Assembly (NCBI GenBank): GCA_963746685.1 | Contig: CAVVBY010000033.1 | Coordinates: forward strand, 592,686-656,685 | Reading direction: 5' to 3' | DNA: 64,000 bases | DNA from: an uncultured Bacteroidales bacterium | GTDB lineage: Bacteria; Bacteroidota; Bacteroidia; Bacteroidales; VadinHA17 | In this document: in pieces, positions 55,249 to 64,000 of the stretch | Layout of the letters: every line of letters starts with the position of its first letter | How positions within the stretch are numbered: position 1 is the stretch's first letter | Notes under the pieces: generated by a model | The model's database searches: none | Seen by the model: only the letters and a program-made list of their open reading frames with translations | What the model was told of the DNA's origin: nothing | Program-made: the position numbers and the translations under genes

Positions 55249-55425
55249 CAGCCCGAACAGGACTTTTTTATGAAATTATGGCATTACTTATAATTCACTG
55301 GCTGATTAATGTGACAAAAAGACATGAATGGTTACCAATGCATGTCAGGACAAAAAGAACCTTAAGGACTAATATTCTCCGATACAAATTTGTAGCTTTG
55401 TCATCTTGATTAATCTTAATTAGTT

Positions 55426-56241
55426 ATGTCGGTATATAAATCTGTCCGGAGAGTGACAACTCATGTTCTGAATGAGATGAAACTGAAAGGTGAGAAGATC
55501 GCCATGCTTACTGCCTATGATTATTCAATGGCAAGAATAATTGATGAAGCAGAGATTGATGTGATCCTGGTTGGGGATTCTGCTTCAAATGTAATGGCAG
55601 GATACGATACCACACTTCCTATTACTCTTGACAATATGATTTACCATGCTGCTTCGGTGGTAAGAGGTGTAAAAAGAGCTCTTGTTGTTGTTGATCTTCC
55701 TTTCGGTACTTACCAGGGAAATTCAAAGGAGGCTCTTGTTTCAGCTATCAGGATCATGAAAGAGACCGGAGCAGCTGCAGTGAAGCTTGAAGGAGGACAG
55801 CAGGTAGCTGAATCGATCGAAAGGATTCTGACAGCCGGAATACCTGTTATGGGCCACCTTGGACTCACGCCTCAATCGATCCATAAGTTTGGTACTTATG
55901 TGGTAAGAGCAAGGGAAGAGGAAGAAGCCCGGCGTCTGATGGAAGATGCACGAATCCTCGAAAAGACAGGTTGCTTTGCAATTGTGCTCGAAAAGATCCC
56001 GGCCAAACTTGCCGAAGAGGTTACTACTACTTTAAAGATACCGGTTATTGGAATAGGTGCAGGAGGCAAAACCGACGGACAGGTTCTTGTTCTTCACGAT
56101 ATGCTGGGAATTACACAGGAATTTTCACCCCGTTTTCTCAGGAGGTACCATAATCTTTATGCCGAAATTAAAGGGGCCGTTCAGACATACATAAGCGATG
56201 TAAGGTCCGAGTCATTTCCAAACGAAAAGGAACAATATTAA
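55426..56241 (+). CDS. panB: 3-methyl-2-oxobutanoate hydroxymethyltransferase
   Basis: [26 protein letters not shown] and DGQVLV motifs. Confidence 0.96.
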   Translation: MSVYKSVRRVTTHVLNEMKLKGEKIAMLTAYDYSMARIIDEAEIDVILVGDSASNVMAGYDTTLPITLDNMIYHAASVVRGVKRALVVVDLPFGTYQGNSKEALVSAIRIMKETGAAAVKLEGGQQVAESIERILTAGIPVMGHLGLTPQSIHKFGTYVVRAREEEEARRLMEDARILEKTGCFAIVLEKIPAKLAEEVTTTLKIPVIGIGAGGKTDGQVLVLHDMLGITQEFSPRFLRRYHNLYAEIKGAVQTYISDVRSESFPNEKEQY

Positions 56242-56252
56242 TAAGGACCCTG

Positions 56253-56860
56253 ATGGTTGAAGTATTATTTGAGGATAACCACCTGATTGCAGTTTACAAG
56301 AAACCTTCCGATCTTTCACAAAGCGATAAGACAGGTGATGTTGCTCTCGATTCTGAAGTAAAGAAATACATTGCTGACAAATACAATAAACCAGGTGATG
56401 TTTTTCTTGGAATCGTTCACAGGCTCGACCGTCCGGTAGGAGGTGTGATGCTGTTTGCACGGACATCAAAGGCATTAGAGCGTATGAATGAAATTTTCAG
56501 AACCAGGGAAGTGAGAAAAACCTACCTTGCTATTGTTAATGAAAGACCTCCTGAAGATGAAGCTGTTCTGACTCATTTTCTTAAAAAGAACGAGAAGCAG
56601 AATAAGACATATGTATATGATAATGAGGTAAAAGGATCAAAGGAAGCATCACTTTCATACAAACTGGTTGGCAGATCTGAACGTTTCTTCCTTCTCGAAA
56701 TAGAGCTCATTCGGGCAGGCACCACCAGATAAGAGCCAGCTTGCAAAAATAGGATGTCAATCAAAGCTGATCTGAAGAGGTTGACCTGTCAAATGATGAG
56801 GTATAACGCAAAGAGCCGGAAGTCCGGACTCATTTCGGTTGTCATGAAAGCATAAACAAA
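56253..56860 (+). CDS. RluA family pseudouridine synthase (3' end garbled; end approximate)
   Basis: HRLDRPVGG active-site motif; GRHHQIR is in a shifted frame near 56715. Confidence 0.85.
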
Positions 56861-56863
56861 AAA

Positions 56864-57335
56864 CTAATCTTCTGATCTTTTTGACCTCTTTCAGCGATCC
56901 GATCGTCTTATGGATATCAAGCTTTCAACTCACCAGATCTTTTACTTTAGCTTCATCATTTCCCTCAATAGGAAAGTAATGCCGTTGCATTCATTATCTA
57001 TCGGTCTCATTTCAATTTATCCTCACTAACCGTTACGTCAGATGTTTCGTTCCGAATTGCGGATCATTTTATCGTCATTAATGTATACGTATGTTCTCAG
57101 TATCGGCATCTTTATCACAAAGAACTTTTACCTGTTTACCCGCTTGCCTAAGTTGAGTCATGTTTCCGGACTCACCTTCCTTCGGTCGAGTCATCCGGTC
57201 CCGGTAAATATTATGACAACTTCGGTTCCCGATTTATCAGCAATTACAACTTTTACCTTCTGCTCATTCTTTTTCTCCTGTCCGAAGCTAAAGAAAGCGG
57301 AATGAACAGAATAAAATAATTCTTCATTTTTTCAT
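56864..57335 (-). CDS. Probable secreted hypothetical protein (garbled by indels)
   Basis: Minus strand ATGAAAAAA start, then readable segments SFGQEKKNEQKVKVVIADKSGTEVVI and IEGNDEAKVKDLV; promoter box at 57356-57363. Confidence 0.45.
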
Positions 57336-57371
57336 GGCTTTTTAAAGTCAATATGCAAAAGTACCTTACTT

Positions 57372-57419
57372 GTTCAAACAGAGTTAAGATCAGGTTAATA
57401 AGAGTTAAGGAAAAGTTAA
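57372..57419. promoter_or_regulatory. Five phased GTT(A/C)A direct repeats (putative OmpR/PhoB-type regulator boxes)
   Basis: GTTCA at 57372 and GTTAA at 57383, 57394, 57404 and 57415 (spacing 11, 11, 10, 11). Confidence 0.6.
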
Positions 57420-57459
57420 ATCATGATTGTGAAATTGTGTAATAACTTAAATTTGTGCC

Positions 57460-59092
57460 ATGAGTAAGAATAAGTTCATCGGTTTGATTTTAATGATGCT
57501 CCTGTCACTTACCGGTATCATTTGGGTGCAGATAGTATGGATCAGGAGATCATTGGAAATAAGTAACGTCATGTTCAACAGAGCCGTTTTTGCCAGTCTG
57601 AATGAAGCTGCAAGCACTATTGAATCAAACCGTAAAATGAATTTCTTTTTTGATTCCCCCATGTCGGTAAATTCTCCGGAGGGCGATATTTCTTCTTATT
57701 TAAGGATCGGAAGTTATTCCTCCGGCGATGGGAATAAAGTTCAGTTATAGTGTTACAAGTCAATCAGTTACAGGCACAGTTGATTCGAGCGGAAAAATAC
57801 AGGCTGAATGAACCTGTTATTACAAAAACCGATACCACTTTCTACTCCGATTCAGGATCCCCAACAATGATCCTTCCCCAAAAGCATGGTGACTTGACCA
57901 TTTCCGGAAATAACCAGTTGGCACAAGCCGGACAGGAGTCGGTCCCCGCTAACAGAAAAGAATTTATTGACCGGGTAAGAAAAAGGGGAAATGAATTCCA
58001 GAATATGAGCGATCAGATGATCGCGGAAGTATACCAGTGGGAAAAGACAATGACTCTGGATAATAATGAGGTTAATTTCGCTCTTACCAGATCATTTCAC
58101 TTTTCAGGAATAGAGACTCCGTTCGAGTTTGCCGTGATAAAAGACGGAAAAGTACAGGAGGGAACCTTTAAGAAATCTGGAAAAAACGATTTCCTGAAAA
58201 GCAATTACATGGTTCAGTTGTTTCCTGATAACATTTTAAAACAAAACCTTATTTTATCAGTAATCTTTCCGGAACGGGCAAATTATGTGCTAGGATCGAA
58301 TGGCATGGCTTCTTGGCGGATCATTGCTCTTTTCATTCATTATCCTTGCTACATTTGCGTTGAGCCTTTTCTTTATTATAAGGCAGAAAAAGATTTCGGA
58401 AATGAAGTCCGATTTCCTGAACAATATGACACATGAATTCAAGACACCCATTGCTACAATTTCCCTTGCTGCAGACACTATAACGAATCCCAAAGTGATA
58501 AATGATGAAGCAAGCATAAAGCACTTCATAGGAATGATTAAAAAGGAGAACAGCAGGATGAACAAGAAAGTTGAGACAATTCTTCAGATAGCGTCCCTTG
58601 ATAAAAAAGAAATCGATTTCAAATTTGAAAATGTTTCCATGCATTCAATCATTGAGAGGGCTGTTGAAACAATTGAAATCCAGGTGCATCAGAAGAACGG
58701 CAAGATCTCCCTCAATCTAAAGGCTGCAGAACCGGTAATCTATGGCGACTATGAACATCTTACCAATCTGGTTAACAACCTGCTTGATAATGCAATAAAA
58801 TATTCACCTGAGTCTCCTGACATAACCGTGGAGACAAAGAATAATGAACGGGGGATCATCCTGTCTGTTGAGGACAAAGGTATTGGAATGACGAAAAAGT
58901 GTTCAAAGCAAGATATTTGAAAGATTTTACAGGCAGAGCAGCGGGAATGTTCATGACGTGAAGGGATTCGGGCTTGGACTTAATTATGTGAGAGCAATAA
59001 TTGATGCCCATAAAGGCAATGTAACTGTAACCAGTGAACCGGGCAAAGGAAGCAGATTCGATATTTTCCTGCCTTTTAACAACGAAAACTGA
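57460..59092 (+). CDS. Sensor histidine kinase (RprX-like; frameshifted)
   Basis: N-terminal TM; KSDFLNNMTHEFKTP H-box and NLLDNAIKYS; KGFGLGL and GKGSRFDIFLP in a shifted frame. Confidence 0.88.
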
Positions 59093-59099
59093 AAATAAT

Positions 59100-59795
59100 A
59101 TGAAATCCGCCAAAATTTTTCTGGTAGAGGATGATCTGAGTTTTGGCTCTGTCCTTAAATCATACCTTGAATTGAACGATTATCAGGTTGACTGGGTTGA
59201 TGATGGGAAATATGCAGTTGAGCATTTCAGGAAAGGTGCTTTTGACATTTGTATCCTCGATGTAATGCTTCCGCATGTAGATGGATTTACGATTGCGGGC
59301 GAAATAAGAAAGATCAACAATCTGGTCCCGATTATTTTTCTTACAGCAAAGAAGCTTAAGGAAGATGTCCTTAAAGGATACGGTTCAGGCGGGGATGATT
59401 ATGTGACAAAACCGTTTGATACCGAAATCCTTCTCGCGAAAATACGAGCTATTCTTGCCAGGCGTGACTTTCAGACAGGGACCCGGGATATTTTCGAAAT
59501 TGGTAAATTCGTTTTCAATGCAAGGCTGAGGACACTCACCAGCGGAGATGATGAAAAGAAACTTTCACCCAAAGAAGCCCAATTGCTTGAGCTACTGGCT
59601 ATAAATCCCAATGAATTGATAAGCAGGGAGATGGCTTTAAAAAAGATATGGGGTGCAGATGACTATTTTACTGCCAGGAGTATGGACGTTTATGTCACTA
59701 AACTTAGAAAGTTTTTATCTGAGGATCCCAGACTGAATATTAAAAATATTCATGGAGCCGGATTCCAGCTGATAATCAGGGACGATTTACCCTGA
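59100..59795 (+). CDS. OmpR/PhoB family response regulator (RprY-like)
   Basis: LVEDD, LDVMLP and DDYVTKPF; winged-helix RSMDVYVTKLRK...NIHGAGF. Confidence 0.92.
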   Translation: MKSAKIFLVEDDLSFGSVLKSYLELNDYQVDWVDDGKYAVEHFRKGAFDICILDVMLPHVDGFTIAGEIRKINNLVPIIFLTAKKLKEDVLKGYGSGGDDYVTKPFDTEILLAKIRAILARRDFQTGTRDIFEIGKFVFNARLRTLTSGDDEKKLSPKEAQLLELLAINPNELISREMALKKIWGADDYFTARSMDVYVTKLRKFLSEDPRLNIKNIHGAGFQLIIRDDLP

Positions 59796-60273
59796 GGCTT
59801 TCCCTGCTGAACTGCAATGGCAAAAGCGGAGCGATGCTTTCAAGTACCTGGATCTTATTTTTCCCTGAAAGAATGATTCTTATCTGTTTCCCCGTCCTTA
59901 CCTCCTCTTCAGCAATTACCTGGCGGCAATTCCCGCATGGTGAGACAGATTCAGCAGTCAATCCTTCATCGGTCATAGCTGCAATCGCAAGAGCGACAGG
60001 TTTATCATCAGGATAGTTTGAGACAGCCCATGCAATTGCTGTTCTTTCAGCACAGATGCCGGAGGGGAAGGCTGCATTTTCCACATTCGATCCATGGACG
60101 ATCCTGCCGGATTCAAGTCTTATTGCTGCTCCTACCATGAACCTCGAATAGGGAGCATATGCAAGTTTGGCGGCCTCTTTAGCCGCAATAATAAGTTCCT
60201 GATCTTCAATACTCAGCTCTTCAGGACTTTCATATTCCCTGTAAGAATATGAGATATTTTTAATTGTCGGCAT
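59776..60273 (-). CDS. cdd: Cytidine deaminase
   Basis: YAPYSRF.VGAA, NVENAA, CAERTA and PCGNCRQ motifs. Confidence 0.93.
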   Translation of the reverse strand: MPTIKNISYSYREYESPEELSIEDQELIIAAKEAAKLAYAPYSRFMVGAAIRLESGRIVHGSNVENAAFPSGICAERTAIAWAVSNYPDDKPVALAIAAMTDEGLTAESVSPCGNCRQVIAEEEVRTGKQIRIILSGKNKIQVLESIAPLLPLQFSRESLRVNRP

Positions 60274-60361
60274 AACTATCTTATCCAGTTTGGGTTACAA
60301 AGTTAACAAACTTTATCCACTTTAGGCACTTACCATACTTTTTCCTACTTTTGCCGGAAAT

Positions 60362-61396
60362 GTGAAAATAGTGAGAAGCAAAGCGGGTCTTTTTCTAAGT
60401 ATACTGATTTTGGCTGGTCTGTACTCTTGCAGGGTTTATAAACCAGTGGTGACACCAGTTACCATAAGCGGTTCAGCAGTGAATTACATTAATGATTACA
60501 AGGATCTGGCAGTAAGTGAGATGAGGAGAACAGGAGTTCCGGCCAGCATAACTCTTGCCCAGGGAATGCTGGAATCAGATTATGGCCGGAGTTCGCTTGC
60601 AAGGATTGGAAATAACCATTTCGGGATAAAATGCCACAGTGACTGGAATGGTCAGACTATAAGACAGCATGATGAAATCCGGAATGAATGCTTCAGGAAA
60701 TACAGAAGGCCTGAAGATTCATTTTATGATCATTCTGATTTTCTGAAATCTGGCTCCCGTTACCGCTTCCTTTTTGATCTCGATCCTCTGGACTATAAAG
60801 CATGGGCACGCGGGTTGAAAAGAGCAGGATATGCTACCAATCCTGAATATGCCAATCTGCTGATCAGGAAAATTGAAGAAAATAAACTTTACGACCTCGA
60901 CAGGGGTTATACATCATCCCTCGCTAAACCTCAGGAGAAGGTTTTGCCAAATGAAACTCCTGTCCCTTCTAAAACGACTAATAATGAACCCACGAGGGCG
61001 CAGGGAGAGACAATCACTTTTGGTGATGTAATGGCAAGAGCTCCGCGCATCCTGGAGAATAACAGGATACAGTATATTGTCGTAAAGGACGGGGATACCA
61101 GGGAGAAGCTCGAGAATGAATTCCAGCTTCTGAAATGGGAGCTGGCCAGATATAATGATCTGAAAGATAATTTCACTCCTGTTCCCGGTCAAATGCTATA
61201 TCTGGAGCCCAAGAGAGACAGGGCTGAAACTGGTTTGGAATTTCATACAGTGGTAAACGGAGAGACTATGTATATTATATCGCAGAAATACGGTATTAAG
61301 CTGAAAAGTCTTCTTGAGATGAACAGAATGATTGAAGGAGACGGACCTGTTCCTGGACAGAAAATATGGCTGCAATCGATAAAACCTGCTAATTGA
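60362..61396 (+). CDS. GH73 glucosaminidase-domain lipoprotein with LysM domains
   Basis: LYSC lipobox, LAQGMLES, NNHFGIKCH and GYATNP motifs; C-terminal LysM HTVVNGETMY.IS.KYG. Confidence 0.9.
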   Translation: MKIVRSKAGLFLSILILAGLYSCRVYKPVVTPVTISGSAVNYINDYKDLAVSEMRRTGVPASITLAQGMLESDYGRSSLARIGNNHFGIKCHSDWNGQTIRQHDEIRNECFRKYRRPEDSFYDHSDFLKSGSRYRFLFDLDPLDYKAWARGLKRAGYATNPEYANLLIRKIEENKLYDLDRGYTSSLAKPQEKVLPNETPVPSKTTNNEPTRAQGETITFGDVMARAPRILENNRIQYIVVKDGDTREKLENEFQLLKWELARYNDLKDNFTPVPGQMLYLEPKRDRAETGLEFHTVVNGETMYIISQKYGIKLKSLLEMNRMIEGDGPVPGQKIWLQSIKPAN

Positions 61397-62354
61397 TAGG
61401 AACAGAGAATTCTTCAATTTTAAATCCTCTCAGGAAATCTTCAGCGCTTAGCCTTTTTTTTCCCTCGGTTTGCAGGCTTAATATTCTTATAAATCCACCC
61501 GCACAGGCTATTTTGACAAAGCTTTTTCCATCCGAAACGATCTGTCCGGGCTGAAGCAGATGCTGTGCTGTTTCAGGCTGGCTTTCATAGATCTTATAAG
61601 TTAGACTTCGATTCTTATTGTTGAAAACAGCCCTGGCACATGGATAAGGAGAGAGACCCCTGATGAAGTTGTGGATCTTTTGGGGCTCTTTGTTAAAATC
61701 TATATTGCAGTAATCAGGAAAAATTTTGGGTGCAGGTTTCAGGATCTCTCCCGGCATCATAAAATTCGATTGATTCTGAGGTTTGATGAAGTTCCCGGCT
61801 AATCCTTCAAGAGTCTTGATAATCAGTCTGGCCCCGTGTTTCATCAGCTTGTCATGAAGATCACCGGCATTTTCAAACGGAAATACCGGAACTTCCTGCC
61901 TGAGAAGTATATTCCCCGTGTCTATTTTATCATCAATCAGAAAGGTGGTCACACCGGTCATTGTCTCGCCGTTTATGATAACATGATTGATAGGTGCTGC
62001 ACCACGGTACTGCGGTAAAAGTGAAGCATGAAGATTTATAGTTCCTTTAGAAGGTAAATTCCACACTTCCCGGGGAAGCATTCTGAAAGCCACCACAACA
62101 AATACATCCGGATTAAGGCGCTTCAGCCGTTCTATAAATACAGGATTCTTTAAATTTTCAGGCTGAAGAAGAGGCAGATAGTTTGATTCAGAGAAAAGTT
62201 TCACGGCCGATTTTGTCACAGCCCTCCCTCTTCCTGCGGGCTTATCGGGTGAAGTGACCACTGACACAACGTTGTACCCGTTCATCAGAAGTGAGCCAAG
62301 TGGCGCCACAGCAAACTCAGGTGTCCCCATGAACACTATTCTGAGACTTTTCAT
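61389..62354 (-). CDS. fmt: Methionyl-tRNA formyltransferase
   Basis: VFMGTPEFA, PDKPAGRG, NLHASLLPQYRGAAPI and IRGLSPYP motifs. Confidence 0.96.
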   Translation of the reverse strand: MKSLRIVFMGTPEFAVAPLGSLLMNGYNVVSVVTSPDKPAGRGRAVTKSAVKLFSESNYLPLLQPENLKNPVFIERLKRLNPDVFVVVAFRMLPREVWNLPSKGTINLHASLLPQYRGAAPINHVIINGETMTGVTTFLIDDKIDTGNILLRQEVPVFPFENAGDLHDKLMKHGARLIIKTLEGLAGNFIKPQNQSNFMMPGEILKPAPKIFPDYCNIDFNKEPQKIHNFIRGLSPYPCARAVFNNKNRSLTYKIYESQPETAQHLLQPGQIVSDGKSFVKIACAGGFIRILSLQTEGKKRLSAEDFLRGFKIEEFSVPIN

Positions 62355-62396
62355 AGATTGAGTCAGACCTTTTATCACACAAATCTACAAAAAAAA

Positions 62397-63626
62397 TCAA
62401 TCCTTCGCAATGTGTTTGTAGCAGGTAAGATTGTGGCCCATTTTATTTGCCTTGGTCTTAAGATAGAATTCGTTATATGGATTTGCAGGGATCTCAAGCG
62501 GGACTGCTTCCACTATTTTAATTCCATAACCCTCAAGTCCGACCCTCTTGACAGGATTGTTCGAAATAAGCCTGACTTTTCCAAGCCCGAGTTCCCTCAT
62601 TATGCTGGCTCCGACACCATAGTCCCTCTCATCTTCTCCGAATCCAAGTTCCAGGTTGGCCTGAACTGTATCCATACCTCCATCCTGAAGCTTGTAAGCT
62701 TTTATTTTGTTGAACAGCCCAATGCCTCTTCCTTCCTGGCTGAGATAAATTACAACTCCTTTTCCTTCAGCTTCAACCATCTCCATCGCCTTATGGAGCT
62801 GAGAGCCGCAATCACACCTTAACGAACCGAAAATATCACCGGTAAAGCATGAGGAATGCAGTCTGACGAGAACAGGTTCGTCTTTAGTCCACTTTCCCTT
62901 GACAAGTGCAGCATGTTCCAGTCCGTTGCTTGTCTGGCGGAAAGGAATAAATTCAAATTCACCATGTTCGGTGGGCAGTTTCACAAGCTCCCCCTTCTCA
63001 ATTATGGTATCTCTTTCAAGAGTATATGTGATCAGATCCCTTATTGCAATTATCTTGATATCAAATTTCTGTCTAAGCTTTTCGAGATCCGGCAACCGGG
63101 CCATTGTTCCGTCATCATTCATTATTTCGACAAGAGCACCTCCCGGCTTCAATCCTGCCAGGCGGGTCAGGTCTACAACTGCTTCAGTGTGACCTGCTCT
63201 TCTGAGAACCCCCTTCTGCTTTGCCTTCAGCGGAAATATATGCCCGGGACGACCAAGGTCGGAAGGTTTGATAGCTGGATCTACCAGTGCTTTTATAGTC
63301 AGCGCTCTGTCCCTTGCCGAAACACCTGTAGTTGTTTCCGGTCCGAGAAGGTCGACCGAAACGGTGAACTGAGTTTCATGAAGGGAAGTATTTGTTCCGA
63401 CCATCATATCGAGTTCAAGTTCTTCACACCTGTCTTCAGGAAGGGCAGCACAGATAAGTCCACGGCCATGTCTTGCCATGAAATTAACGATTTCCGGTTT
63501 TATGAGCTCAGCTGAACAGATAAAATCACCTTCATTTTCCCTATCCTCATCATCCACAACTATCAGGAGTTTCCCTTTCCTGATATCTTCTATTGCCTCT
63601 TCAATCGTGTCAAGCTTAATTTCCAT
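62397..63626 (-). CDS. ribBA: Bifunctional DHBP synthase / GTP cyclohydrolase II
   Basis: [41 protein letters not shown] and QEGRGIG motifs. Confidence 0.96.
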   Translation of the reverse strand: MEIKLDTIEEAIEDIRKGKLLIVVDDEDRENEGDFICSAELIKPEIVNFMARHGRGLICAALPEDRCEELELDMMVGTNTSLHETQFTVSVDLLGPETTTGVSARDRALTIKALVDPAIKPSDLGRPGHIFPLKAKQKGVLRRAGHTEAVVDLTRLAGLKPGGALVEIMNDDGTMARLPDLEKLRQKFDIKIIAIRDLITYTLERDTIIEKGELVKLPTEHGEFEFIPFRQTSNGLEHAALVKGKWTKDEPVLVRLHSSCFTGDIFGSLRCDCGSQLHKAMEMVEAEGKGVVIYLSQEGRGIGLFNKIKAYKLQDGGMDTVQANLELGFGEDERDYGVGASIMRELGLGKVRLISNNPVKRVGLEGYGIKIVEAVPLEIPANPYNEFYLKTKANKMGHNLTCYKHIAKD

Positions 63627-63637
63627 ATAAATCAATA

Positions 63638-64000
63638 TTATTGTTCTTTAAAAGTCAGATTTCGCCTTGTACCAATAATAAAAATTCTGTACAGGGAGTC
63701 CTTTATCTTTTTAAAGAACGCCAGGTAAGTATCAATATTCATAATTACTGAATCAGTCGAAGCCTTATAAGTCAGGAACAAACCAATAGGCAGCAGTATA
63801 TAAGTCGATGCCCACATTCCGGCAGTTGTGCTCACCAGGTCTTCTTCAACCAGCTTCTCTCCTGAAAGCGATATAACATACCAGATTACAAAAAAGAGTA
63901 TTGAAATAACAGCGGGTGTTCCTAATCCCCCTTTCCTTATTATTGCCCCCAGAGGGGCCCCGATCAGGAAGAAAACCAGGCAGGCAACCGACAGTGTGAA
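63638..64000 (-). CDS. LptF/LptG family permease, C-terminal part (runs off the window end)
   Basis: Minus strand reads [26 protein letters not shown]...[20 protein letters not shown]. Confidence 0.85.
   Translation of the reverse strand, partial: FTLSVACLVFFLIGAPLGAIIRKGGLGTPAVISILFFVIWYVISLSGEKLVEEDLVSTTAGMWASTYILLPIGLFLTYKASTDSVIMNIDTYLAFFKKIKDSLYRIFIIGTRRNLTFKEQ

Noticed and set aside
1-59092. Pseudogenes or programmed frameshifts in alaS, ispF, porU, folC, mtaB and others
   Set aside because: Too frequent, affecting essential genes, and without consistent slippery sites; better explained as sequencing indels.
75-63515. Numerous short antisense or alternate-frame ORFs in the supplied track (e.g. 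62856..63515, 46930..47403, 21091..21537)
   Set aside because: Shadow ORFs of well-supported genes, with no motifs or expression signals.
63627-63637. FMN riboswitch upstream of ribBA
   Set aside because: ribBA starts 11 bp after the lptF/G-like gene, leaving no room.

Overview
Chromosomal window from a Bacteroidota (Bacteroidales-like) bacterium. Evidence: TAnnTTTG housekeeping promoters, porU/porV/gldJ/PorP type IX secretion genes, and the alaS-M23-MerR and Nif3-zinc-ribbon gene orders. Most of it is housekeeping (alaS, hutU, ispF, murF, mtaB, folC, CCA-adding enzyme, trxA, xseAB, dnaK, panB, cdd, fmt, ribBA). About 20 genes, including essential ones, carry frameshifts and two stretches are garbled, which points to uncorrected long-read indels rather than pseudogenes. 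The accessory core is at about 31-46 kb: an orphan PAS histidine kinase; four tandem lipoproteins with 3, 4, 4 and 0 FN3-like stalk repeats capped by divergent Fib_succ_major (FISUMP) heads; a small ORF with a structured upstream region; tRNA-Val(TAC) with a highly structured 178-bp unit bounded by a duplicated tRNA 3' end; and a SprB-like type-B T9SS adhesin with its cognate PorP. Non-coding candidates read directly from the sequence: an sRNA at about 49.0 kb complementary to ATGAAAAAA-type start regions, a promoter enclosed by a 13-bp inverted repeat (3.1 kb), a sigma54-type dnaK promoter, and five helically phased GTTAA boxes upstream of a two-component system. No integrase, reverse transcriptase, transposase or CRISPR array was seen. 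All calls come from motif recognition by eye; no database searches were run.
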